Of a stretch of 34,828 nt of DNA, positions 16,094 through 24,265 are shown piece after piece. The notes below the pieces were generated by a model. That model did no database searches. It was not told the DNA's origin and was given only the letters and a program-made list of their open reading frames with translations. Positions within the stretch are counted from its first letter, which is position 1, and each line of letters starts with the position of its first letter. Source of the DNA: an uncultured Candidatus Peribacteria bacterium. Its GTDB lineage: Bacteria > Patescibacteriota > Gracilibacteria > Peribacterales > Peribacteraceae. Location: contig CAZLFU010000003.1 of NCBI GenBank assembly GCA_964558895.1, positions 1 to 34,828 of the forward strand. The letters run 5' to 3'. The position numbers and the translations under genes were made by a program.

Positions 16094-16118
16094 TTAATCA
16101 TGAAATCATGAAATCATG
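16094..16118. repeat. Right 25-bp inverted repeat (8-mer atgaaatc iterated)
   Basis: ttaatcatgaaatcatgaaatcatg. The 8-mer run continues to 16125 and overlaps the nrdR stop codon (16122-16124). Confidence 0.85.
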
Positions 16119-16121
16119 AAA

Positions 16122-16568
16122 TCATTTAAACAAATTCCCCAATTCCTCTTTAAATTCCTCAACGTCTTTGAATTCTCTGTGCACAGAGGCAAAACGGATG
16201 TAGGCAACTTGGTCCAATTTCTTCAATTCTTTCATGACGTCATTGCCAATGGTAGAACTGGCAACCTCCTTTTTGTTGGCTCCCCATTTTTCTTCCAACT
16301 TATTGAGGAGGTCATCAATTTGCTGCTGGGATATTGGCCGCTTGGTACAAGAAAGCCAAATACCACGTTCTAGCTTACTACGGCTATAGGGTTCCCTCGT
16401 TCCATCTCGCTTCATTACAATAAGAGAGCTAAGTTCCTGCCTCTCGAATGTTGTGAATCTGTGATTGCATTTGATGCACTCCCGCCGCCTGCGGACCGTC
16501 CGTCCTTCTTCCGTAATGCGGGAATCGATGACGGACGTGTCTGTGCTTTTACAATGTGGACAGTGCAT
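16122..16568 (-). CDS. nrdR: Transcriptional repressor NrdR
   Basis: 148 aa. It has the N-terminal zinc ribbon (MHCPHC...VIDSR....GR.VRRRREC..C..RFTTFE) followed by an ATP-cone. TAATGT (16575-16580) lies 6 nt upstream of the ATG. Confidence 0.92.
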   Translation of the reverse strand: MHCPHCKSTDTSVIDSRITEEGRTVRRRRECIKCNHRFTTFERQELSSLIVMKRDGTREPYSRSKLERGIWLSCTKRPISQQQIDDLLNKLEEKWGANKKEVASSTIGNDVMKELKKLDQVAYIRFASVHREFKDVEEFKEELGNLFK

Positions 16569-16606
16569 AGATCTACATTACCTCAGTTGACCACGCTCGC
16601 AACTTA

Positions 16607-16798
16607 TTAACCAAGCAAACCCCTTAGGCCTCTTCGGTTATTTAACACTGCTTCTGCCTGAGCCCTTCGTAGAGAGATTTCCATTTGTTCAGCTACTTCT
16701 TGCTCACGAGTTTTTGGCTGAGCTTCTGGAGCGATCTGCGCTTGGTCACTATTATCAGGTGATACAAATACAGGTTCTGGTGCTGTGTCTACAGACAT
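16607..16798 (-). CDS. Possible small hypothetical protein (63 aa)
   Basis: ORF starting at an internal ATG (MSVDTAPEP). Low complexity, with no promoter or SD support. Confidence 0.25.
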   Translation of the reverse strand: MSVDTAPEPVFVSPDNSDQAQIAPEAQPKTREQEVAEQMEISLRRAQAEAVLNNRRGLRGLLG

Positions 16799-16958
16799 AT
16801 AAATTTGGGAAAATGAATAAAATTGCGCAGCTTGTACGTGCCTCCCAGAAAAAAAGCAAGGGTTGTAAAGTTTGTAGTTCACTCTATTTAAGCCAAAAAG
16901 TCTGTGTGTTGACTTTTCTCGCTACTGGAGTTTTATTTTTACTAAAGCCGAAACATTC

Positions 16959-17564
16959 CTAGAGACGTACTTCGCCTTTCCTCAACACAGTTTGCGCATT
17001 TTCTACCAAAGAAATGACTGTGGAAGATGCTCGAAGGGGAAGGATGCCACTACTCAAGAGGAGATTTGGCTGCCAAGTTTGGTTTGCAAATTGCTTCGCA
17101 ATTTCATCGGGATCATACAGTGGTGGCTGGCCGTGGATATTGGCAGAGGTTGTACTAAGAGGCTTACCAAACACTTCTGCAAGCTTCTGTGCAGTGGGAT
17201 GAGAAGAAACGCGTACGCCGACACTTGAACAATCGTTTTGAGGCATTGGGAAAAGCGTACCCCTTCTTTCTGATCGTAGTGGGAGGATAAGCGTAAGTGG
17301 CCCTGGCAGATGTTTTTTTGCCAATTCTTCTGCCTTCTCATTCCATTGGGTATATTCCTTTGCCTGGTCGATAGAAGCAAACAAGCTGCTTATGGGCATA
17401 TCCAATGGGCGCTGCTTGATGGCGAATACTTTTTTGACTGCTTCGATGTTACCCAGATCGCAGGCAAGACCGTATGTTGTTTCTGTAGCGTGCACGACAA
17501 CTCCTCCTGCATGCAGGATGGCGAGCGCTTCTTCTAGGCCTTCGGTATCAATGAGAAACTTCAT
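16959..17564 (-). CDS. tsaC: L-threonylcarbamoyladenylate synthase (YrdC/TsaC type)
   Basis: 201 aa from MKFLIDTEG. It has the motifs HATETTYGLACD, KQRP...P, LPGPLTLIL, VGVR.S and TSAN. TACAAT (17572-17577) lies 7 nt upstream of the ATG. Confidence 0.85.
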   Translation of the reverse strand: MKFLIDTEGLEEALAILHAGGVVVHATETTYGLACDLGNIEAVKKVFAIKQRPLDMPISSLFASIDQAKEYTQWNEKAEELAKKHLPGPLTLILPLRSERRGTLFPMPQNDCSSVGVRVSSHPTAQKLAEVFGKPLSTTSANIHGQPPLYDPDEIAKQFANQTWQPNLLLSSGILPLRASSTVISLVENAQTVLRKGEVRL

Positions 17565-18177
17565 CAGGATTATTGTACGTATTTTTCTGTTTGGCACCTG
17601 CGTTATGTTGATTTTCTTTGTGCTGACCATTTCCTGTATTGTTTACTCTTCCCCGCGCTCGTTCTCGTAATTGCATCAATGTGTGGTATTTCTTGGAGAT
17701 GTGTGGAGTGAAGTGAATACGCATAGTTGTTTCCTGCGCATCTAGTATCAAACTACCGAAACCAAGGATGTTTTGAATAGGGCCGTGTTGGCTTTTGTTA
17801 ATGTCTTGTAGCATCCAAATATCGATGCTTTGATGATCATCAATGGCGAAGAGGGTCTTCTTTATTCTATGCACTTTGTTATTGGTGATGACAGTGATAT
17901 TGAGAAAGTAGCGGTAAAATCTGCTCAGAAGTTCCCATTGAGCAAAGGAAAAGAGTAGAGAGAGTACGACCAAAATTAACCTCCTTGTGAATGGATCTGC
18001 TACGGTAGTATTTCCAAATATCATGTATCCCATTGTAAAAATTAAGAGAGTCCACACCGCTGTTTTGGCGACAGGTCTTAGGAGGCGAATCCAGTGCTGA
18101 CGAAAGCAAAGCTCACAGGTTTCGTGTACATCTTGTCCTTGAAACATCGCCGTAGATTGTTGAGATTCATTTACCAT
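17548..18177 (-). CDS. Membrane protein with bacterial PH (bPH_2/YdbT-like) domain
   Basis: Two TM helices (AVWTLLIFTMGYMIF, LILVVLSLLFSFAQ) are followed by ITVITNNKVHRIKKTLF....SIDIWMLQDI......NILGFGSL. I chose the ATG at 18177. The longer track start overlaps the upstream small ORF. Confidence 0.65.
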   Translation of the reverse strand: MVNESQQSTAMFQGQDVHETCELCFRQHWIRLLRPVAKTAVWTLLIFTMGYMIFGNTTVADPFTRRLILVVLSLLFSFAQWELLSRFYRYFLNITVITNNKVHRIKKTLFAIDDHQSIDIWMLQDINKSQHGPIQNILGFGSLILDAQETTMRIHFTPHISKKYHTLMQLRERARGRVNNTGNGQHKENQHNAGAKQKNTYNNPDEVSH

Positions 18178-18395
18178 AAGAACATGTACAGAAAGGCAAA
18201 GCATCCTGCAAAAAATACAGTATGGACGAAAACAACTATCCGAATAGTTGCATACGTAAATCGCTGTGTACCGGCAATTTTTGCATGTGCTTCTAGCCCT
18301 ACTTCGGCCATTTTTTTTCGAAATACTTTCCACAAGGCATATTCAATAAGAACAATGAATGCAGCGCCGACAATTGCAATCACTATTCCGCTCAT
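18171..18395 (-). CDS. Possible small two-TM membrane protein (74 aa)
   Basis: Hydrophobic N- and C-terminal segments. It fills the gap between dnaE and the bPH gene and overlaps the next start by 7 nt. Confidence 0.35.
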   Translation of the reverse strand: MSGIVIAIVGAAFIVLIEYALWKVFRKKMAEVGLEAHAKIAGTQRFTYATIRIVVFVHTVFFAGCFAFLYMFLW

Positions 18396-18441
18396 GGCAA
18401 TGAGCTATTTTCCTTTTTTGTGTACTTTAAGTCAAGAATTC

Positions 18442-21400
18442 CTAATCCACTACGCCCTGCTTCGTGGATTTCTCTGCGTATTTTGCGATCACTTCTTCTA
18501 TTTTCTGTTCGAGAATAGTAGATATATTAATGGTAAGAGGAAGGGGGATCACTTGGTCACCTATTTTGAGTTGCACTTTTTCTTTCCCTGGGAAAGTCTC
18601 CAGTATTTTTTTGAGATCGAGGAGGAGAGTTTTGGGAGCTCTATCTGGCAACTCGATAGTGTGAATAGAGATAGAGGGGACGGCAGGTGCTGTTGGGACA
18701 TCTCCATTCTTTTTCTCTGACAGATTTGTCGGCTTAGAAAAGAGAGTTGCAATAGATTCATTTGTATTCATGCCTTTTAAGATCCAGGAGCCAAGTGGGC
18801 CAAGGAATTCATCTCCTGTTTCCGCTTCTACTACTTGTATCTTTTCTCCTGCGATTACATTGCCTTCTTCATCCAGTATTTCTACCACCTCTTCGTCATC
18901 AAAGACTGGTTTGGTAATAGAGATTCCCTTCTTTGCTTCTTCTTCGTCAAAGAAACCTTGCTCCTTTGCATTGGCAATCATTGTAGTAAGCGTCACACGT
19001 TTGACTGCATTGGCGCGTAGTTGCAATTGCCCACCTCGATAATCCAGTACCCCATTGATTACCAACACAGTATCTGGTTCCTCCAAAAGATGACCAACCT
19101 CTGCAAAGGTACGAGGAAAGAGTGTCACTTCTATTTTACTTGTTGGGTCTTCCAGAAAGAGGATAGCCATTGTGTCGCCCTTCTTTGTTGTAATTTTTTT
19201 CACACCTTCGGCAATACCAGCAATAGTAATCGTTTTCCCAATTTCTTTTTGAGTAAGATTTGCCAGAAGTTGAGCCTTTTTACTGATGTATTTTCGTAAA
19301 CCAGCTAGTGGATGGCTGGATACATACAGACCCAGTGTTTCTTTTTCCCATTGTAGCTTTACCACATTGGATGCCTCTTTTATGGTAGGAAATTGAATAT
19401 TCATTACCTCTTCCTTGGTATCCATGTGTGCAAATAAGTCGGTCTGCGTTGTACTGACATCTCCAGCAGACTTCCCAAAGTCTACTATGTATTCGTAGCA
19501 TTCCACTGCGGTTGTACGGTCTATGAGCGAATCGAGAGCGCCAGATTTTGCAAGTGATTCAATCATTTTCTTATTGAGAATTTTGGCAGGCATTCTGCGT
19601 GCAAAATCTTCTATGCTCTCAAATTTTCCTCCAGCTTCTCGTACTTCTATAAGCTGCAAGACAGAACTATCTCCAATGCCTTTGATGGCAGTAAGCCCAA
19701 AGCGAATAGCAGGTTGATCACCAGCTTTCTTTTTGGGGAGAGCAGTAAAGTGCCTTAGGGATTCATTTACATCGGGAGGAAGAACATCTATGCCCATTGC
19801 GCGACACTCTTCAATTTCGATCATCACTCTATCGGTACGCTGAGCATCGCTACTGAGGAGCGCTGCCATAAATTCCACAGGATAATTTGCTTTGAGATAT
19901 GCAGTTTCATAGGCAATTCTGGCATAGCCAGCGGCATGGGATTTATTGAAACCGTATCCAGCAAATGGAGTAATAACGTCATCAAAAATTTTCTCGGCTA
20001 GCTTTTGCAAGTATCCCTTGGCAACAGCACCCTCTATAAACTTTACGCGTTGGTCATCCAATTCCTTTTTAACTTTCTTACCAATGGCTTTGCGCAAAAT
20101 ATCTGCTTGCCCCAACGAAAATCCAGAGAATACCTGTGCTATCTGCAGAATCTGTTCTTGATAAATTCCAATTCCGTACGTTGGTTCCAAAATTGGCTTC
20201 AAGTCGTTGTGTACGTACGCCACATTTTCTTTGCCGTGTTTCCTTTTGATGAAGCTAGGGATCCATTCCATAGGACCTGGTCTGTAGAGTGATACCATCG
20301 CTGTAATATCTTCAAATTCCGTTGGCTTGAGTTGCTTAAGATATCTACGCATGCCCGCGGATTCCAATTGGAAGACTCCGGTAGTATCTCCTTTTTGCAA
20401 TAAAGAAAATGTCTTGGGGTCATCGAGCGGAATACTTTCTATATCGAGATCTTCCGATTTTGTTCTCTTGATAATTTCTAGTGTCGTTTGGATCACTGTT
20501 AAGTTCATGAGTCCTAGGAAGTCCATTTTGAGTAATCCAAGAGCATCCAATTGCTTCCCTGCTGTCTGTGTAATAATAATATTTTCATCTTTGGGTGCCC
20601 TTTGGAGAGCGGTATAATGCACAGTGGGCTCCTCTGTAATGATCACTCCACAAGCATGGACAGATACATGCCTTGCTTTGCCTTCCAACTGCAGAGCGGT
20701 ATCTATGATCTTTCGATATGTTTCGTGTGCATCATACGATGCCTTTAACTCCGCTGTTTCCAGGGCTTCCTCTAGTGTGGTTCCTGGTTTTTCTGGAATG
20801 AGTTTGGCGAGCGCATTCATTTCCATAAATGGCACACCAAATGCGCGCCCAACATCCTTTACCGCTGCTCTTGCAGCAAGTGTTCCAAAGGTACAAATTT
20901 GTACCACACGATCACTTCCATATTTTTCTCGCACGTAGTTGAGCACAATATCGCGGCTCGTGTCTGCGAAGTCGATATCTACGTCTGGCATACTTACACG
21001 TTCTGGATTCAAAAATCGTTCGAAGAGAAGTCCATGTTCAAGAGCATCGAGCGCTGTAACACCTATACAGTAGTAGACGATGGAACCCGCGGCAGAACCT
21101 CTTCCGGGGCCTACTGTAATTCCTCTTCGCTTGGCCTCGTTTACAAAGTCTCCCACAATGAGGAAGTACCCTGGAAATCCCATCTGCTCAATAACGCTCA
21201 ATTCAAATTCCAGACGGTCCTTTGCTTCCTGTGTATGATTTGGATATTTTTGAGCAAATCCCTTCTCTGCAAGAGTCCTCAATTCTTTTGCTTCATTTGA
21301 TCCTTCTGGGACAGGGAAGCGTGGAATATGATAGGTGGAAAAATCCAATGCGACGTTGCATCTTTCTGCGATGACAGAGGTATTTTCTAGAGCTTCGGGT

Positions 21401-22182
21401 ACATGTGCGAACGATTGATGCATTTCCTCAAATGAACGCATGGAATAATCGCTATCGCGCATAGAAAAACGACTTGGATCATCTACACGTGCATTTTTCT
21501 GGATACAGAGAAGTACGTCATGTGCTTCTGCATCAGCAGGCCTGCAATAATGAGCGTGGCAAGTAGCAACGAGGGGTACCCCCAATTCTTTTCCCCAATG
21601 AATGAGTTGCTGATTTACTTCTGCTTGGCCACTTACATTTGGAAGATCTATTAATTCGTAGTACAGATTATCTTTCCCAAAAAATTCACGATACTGCTCT
21701 GTGAGATTTTTGATACGCTCACCATCTTCTGCAAGTGCTGCTTGAGGGATAGCTCCTCCAATTTGGCCTGTAAGAGCAATCAGCCCTTTTCCGTATTGAG
21801 AAAGAAGTTCTGCATCCACGCGCGGTTTGTAATACATTCCTTCCAAGCCCGCTTTGGTTGCAAGTTGCAAAAGATTTTTATACCCCTCTTCATTCTCTGC
21901 AAGCAGAACTAGCGGGTATCTTTTGGTATCTATTCCAGATTCCTTGTCGTGTCTGGTTCGGGCTGCGACGTATGTTTCCATGCCGAGAATTGGTTTGATG
22001 CCATGCTTTTTCGCGGCCTGGTACAACTCTACTAGCCCGTAGGTGTATCCCTTATCTGCAAGCGCTACCGTCTTACATCCAAGTTCTTTTGCACGTATGA
22101 CAATTTCCTCTGGGCTTGGAAGTGCCTCGAGAAGGGAATAGGTAGAATGGCAGTGTAAGTGGACAAAATCCTCTGGCTTCAT
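18442..22182 (-). CDS. dnaE: DNA polymerase III alpha subunit
   Basis: 1246 aa. It has the PHP domain start (FVHLHCHSTYSLLEA), the polymerase core (PDVDIDF, GLLKMDFLGL, FNKSHAAGY) and a C-terminal OB region. Confidence 0.95.
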   Translation of the reverse strand: MKPEDFVHLHCHSTYSLLEALPSPEEIVIRAKELGCKTVALADKGYTYGLVELYQAAKKHGIKPILGMETYVAARTRHDKESGIDTKRYPLVLLAENEEGYKNLLQLATKAGLEGMYYKPRVDAELLSQYGKGLIALTGQIGGAIPQAALAEDGERIKNLTEQYREFFGKDNLYYELIDLPNVSGQAEVNQQLIHWGKELGVPLVATCHAHYCRPADAEAHDVLLCIQKNARVDDPSRFSMRDSDYSMRSFEEMHQSFAHVPEALENTSVIAERCNVALDFSTYHIPRFPVPEGSNEAKELRTLAEKGFAQKYPNHTQEAKDRLEFELSVIEQMGFPGYFLIVGDFVNEAKRRGITVGPGRGSAAGSIVYYCIGVTALDALEHGLLFERFLNPERVSMPDVDIDFADTSRDIVLNYVREKYGSDRVVQICTFGTLAARAAVKDVGRAFGVPFMEMNALAKLIPEKPGTTLEEALETAELKASYDAHETYRKIIDTALQLEGKARHVSVHACGVIITEEPTVHYTALQRAPKDENIIITQTAGKQLDALGLLKMDFLGLMNLTVIQTTLEIIKRTKSEDLDIESIPLDDPKTFSLLQKGDTTGVFQLESAGMRRYLKQLKPTEFEDITAMVSLYRPGPMEWIPSFIKRKHGKENVAYVHNDLKPILEPTYGIGIYQEQILQIAQVFSGFSLGQADILRKAIGKKVKKELDDQRVKFIEGAVAKGYLQKLAEKIFDDVITPFAGYGFNKSHAAGYARIAYETAYLKANYPVEFMAALLSSDAQRTDRVMIEIEECRAMGIDVLPPDVNESLRHFTALPKKKAGDQPAIRFGLTAIKGIGDSSVLQLIEVREAGGKFESIEDFARRMPAKILNKKMIESLAKSGALDSLIDRTTAVECYEYIVDFGKSAGDVSTTQTDLFAHMDTKEEVMNIQFPTIKEASNVVKLQWEKETLGLYVSSHPLAGLRKYISKKAQLLANLTQKEIGKTITIAGIAEGVKKITTKKGDTMAILFLEDPTSKIEVTLFPRTFAEVGHLLEEPDTVLVINGVLDYRGGQLQLRANAVKRVTLTTMIANAKEQGFFDEEEAKKGISITKPVFDDEEVVEILDEEGNVIAGEKIQVVEAETGDEFLGPLGSWILKGMNTNESIATLFSKPTNLSEKKNGDVPTAPAVPSISIHTIELPDRAPKTLLLDLKKILETFPGKEKVQLKIGDQVIPLPLTINISTILEQKIEEVIAKYAEKSTKQGVVD

Positions 22183-22188
22183 GCCAGT

Positions 22189-22197
22189 AGTGTAGCA
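22189..22197 (-). promoter_or_regulatory. Extended -10-like TGCTACACT, 6 nt upstream of dnaE ATG (leaderless candidate)
   Basis: The minus strand reads tctgctacactact, then ggc, then ATG. Compare tctgctatactact at 4805-4818. Confidence 0.45.
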
Positions 22198-22239
22198 GAG
22201 ATAGCTAGTTTTCTCTGGTGGAATTTTGCACCGTTTGGC

Positions 22240-22701
22240 CTACGAGCCGCAGTCTTCGTCTTCGTAAGTTGAGCAGATTTTGATGAAGCTACCCAACTGA
22301 TAGATGCGGTAGCCGGTTACAGTTACACTTGTCTCACTTGGGTCTACGGGGATACCAACAAAGTACTCCGAGTTTGTCGTAAGCACAGAAAGATCAAAAC
22401 CATTTGTTGGTGGGTCCGTACAGGCTGTGCCGGTAATTCCGTCTTGGCAGATATCCTTGGCTACTGCTTTAAAATTGGGGACTCCTGTGAGTGAATTTCC
22501 GTCAATAATATACTGAGAAATTGCATTTTCAATTTCTCGAATGGAGAGATTTCTATCTGCACCTCTTGCGTCTTCCAATTGTTTGGTTGGATTGATAGCT
22601 GCTATCACAATTGCTACTAAAATAGCGATGATACCAAGCACCAACATGATTTCTATAAGTGTGAAACCGTTTTGCCAGTGTGGAATTCGACGACTGTTCA
22701 T
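22240..22701 (-). CDS. Type IV pilin / pseudopilin-like protein
   Basis: Prepilin signal: MNSRRIPHWQNG/FTLIEIMLVLGIIAILVAIVIAAI. The C-terminal half has two Cys pairs. The start could instead be the GTG at 22713. Confidence 0.8.
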   Translation of the reverse strand: MNSRRIPHWQNGFTLIEIMLVLGIIAILVAIVIAAINPTKQLEDARGADRNLSIREIENAISQYIIDGNSLTGVPNFKAVAKDICQDGITGTACTDPPTNGFDLSVLTTNSEYFVGIPVDPSETSVTVTGYRIYQLGSFIKICSTYEDEDCGS

Positions 22702-22749
22702 GGAAGGGTACACAAACCTTACTGCAACTTACGAAACGCTGCAATATGA

Positions 22750-24264
22750 CTAGAGACCTGCATCTATTTTGCAGGCTTCGTGAGCATTGCCACTGTAGAG
22801 ATAATCTCCACTGGTGTACGGGAAACAGTTGTCCGATTCTAGAATTTTGAGCAGTGTATCGAGTTTTTCATTACAGGGTCTGTAGAGACATGAGCGCCTG
22901 AGGAAAAATGTATAGTCTATGGCAAACCCACGAACACTTGTTCCTTTCTCGCTGGCTAACTTTGCAAATTGGAACATCGCCTTGCGCAGTTGCGCAGAAA
23001 ACACATTACGAATTTGATACGTTGCATCTGTGCCTTTTGCGATAAATGCAGCTTCTGCTGCACCCTGCGCGGTTGTGAATTCTTGGTATGCTTTTTTTCC
23101 TTCTGATGTTTCTTCCCATAGTGTTACTGTGGGGGAGGTAGGAATCTTACGTTCTATTCCCCAATGTTGCTTGAGGCTCAATAAATTTTCTAAGATTCCA
23201 AGTTGATTCTTTTCGTACGAGAATGGCCCTCGTAGTGCAGCTTTGGTTCCCCCTAATGCATAAATAATATTTGGATCTACTGGGCCAGTTGTAACCTGCC
23301 CATTTGGTTCATGACGAGCTTCGCATCCAAACACCACTTTACGTGGAATAGTTGCAAAGGAAGAAATGGCAGCAGACGGAGCACCTACAATAGAACTCGT
23401 ATTGTTGATCGTGTTTGCTATTTCGGCAAGAAAGTCATCCCTCCAATCCATAAATGCTTCCAACCCGGCAATCTCTTCGTTCGTTGATACATTTGGTCCT
23501 CCTTTGTATGGGAGAAGAACATCCAAGGTGCAACCCAAACCAGCATTGGTAGGCGGAAGATAATCGGAATGGAATGGGCATAGAGCCTCTGGTGTCTCAA
23601 TAACTGGTATGACACCATTGCATCCAGGGCAACAAAAATTCATGCAGGACGCTTCACCAGCATACGATCGACCAAATGCAAGACGCGTGCAAGCTTGTGC
23701 AGAATCATACAACTCGCAGGCATTTCCAATATTTGCACAACACCAAACAGATTGATCTGGATCGAAACTTCGGGGAATTTGCCATCCTTCATCAACATAG
23801 AGAGGATCTAGACCTCCACGGAACAAGCTCTCGTATCGTTCATTGAGGAAGGTGAGTAAATCTTGCAATTTTAAGATCCCGACGGAAGACCCTTGAGAAT
23901 ATGCCTCTTGCATTTTGCAGCGTACCCTCTGCATTTCTGCCTCGATCAAAGCGAGATCTAAATGCATACATGCGGTGAGATCTAAATCCCGTTCCTGTGC
24001 AGTAATGCGTAACTTTGTATCTAGTAAGCTATTCATGGCCACCCCCATTTTCGTGAGCCAGAACAAATAATTCGTATTTGGATCAAATCCTGGAAGAGTA
24101 CTTTGGGCATTTTGAATTCCAGCTTCAGCTCGGTTGAGTACTTGCTGTGTGTAGTGCGAAGAAATAGGTGCTAAAGCGAGAATAGCAGGATCCTCACATG
24201 CATATGCTTCTACTTGTTGAGGTAGGAAGAGCAAGAAGCCGAGAAAAGAGAATACTGAAAGCAT
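22750..24264 (-). CDS. Secreted cysteine-rich hypothetical protein (504 aa)
   Basis: I prefer the ATG at 24264, which exposes the signal peptide MLSVFSFLGFLLFLPQQVEAYA. The upstream 146 codons of the track ORF overlap the preceding gene. It has Cys clusters (WCCANIGNACELY, CMNFCCPGCNG). Confidence 0.7.
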   Translation of the reverse strand: MLSVFSFLGFLLFLPQQVEAYACEDPAILALAPISSHYTQQVLNRAEAGIQNAQSTLPGFDPNTNYLFWLTKMGVAMNSLLDTKLRITAQERDLDLTACMHLDLALIEAEMQRVRCKMQEAYSQGSSVGILKLQDLLTFLNERYESLFRGGLDPLYVDEGWQIPRSFDPDQSVWCCANIGNACELYDSAQACTRLAFGRSYAGEASCMNFCCPGCNGVIPVIETPEALCPFHSDYLPPTNAGLGCTLDVLLPYKGGPNVSTNEEIAGLEAFMDWRDDFLAEIANTINNTSSIVGAPSAAISSFATIPRKVVFGCEARHEPNGQVTTGPVDPNIIYALGGTKAALRGPFSYEKNQLGILENLLSLKQHWGIERKIPTSPTVTLWEETSEGKKAYQEFTTAQGAAEAAFIAKGTDATYQIRNVFSAQLRKAMFQFAKLASEKGTSVRGFAIDYTFFLRRSCLYRPCNEKLDTLLKILESDNCFPYTSGDYLYSGNAHEACKIDAGL

Positions 24265-24265
24265 A

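Noticed and set aside
15532-16125. Possible CRISPR or other array from the iterated 8-mers atgatttc and atgaaatc
   Set aside because: There are only about three contiguous 8-nt units per side with no spacers. They form the arms of an inverted repeat.
18464-22042. Plus-strand ORFs overlapping dnaE and the neighbouring small genes (including 18094-18720, 208 aa)
   Set aside because: These are shadow ORFs opposite a strongly supported gene. They have low-complexity, hydrophobic nonsense composition.
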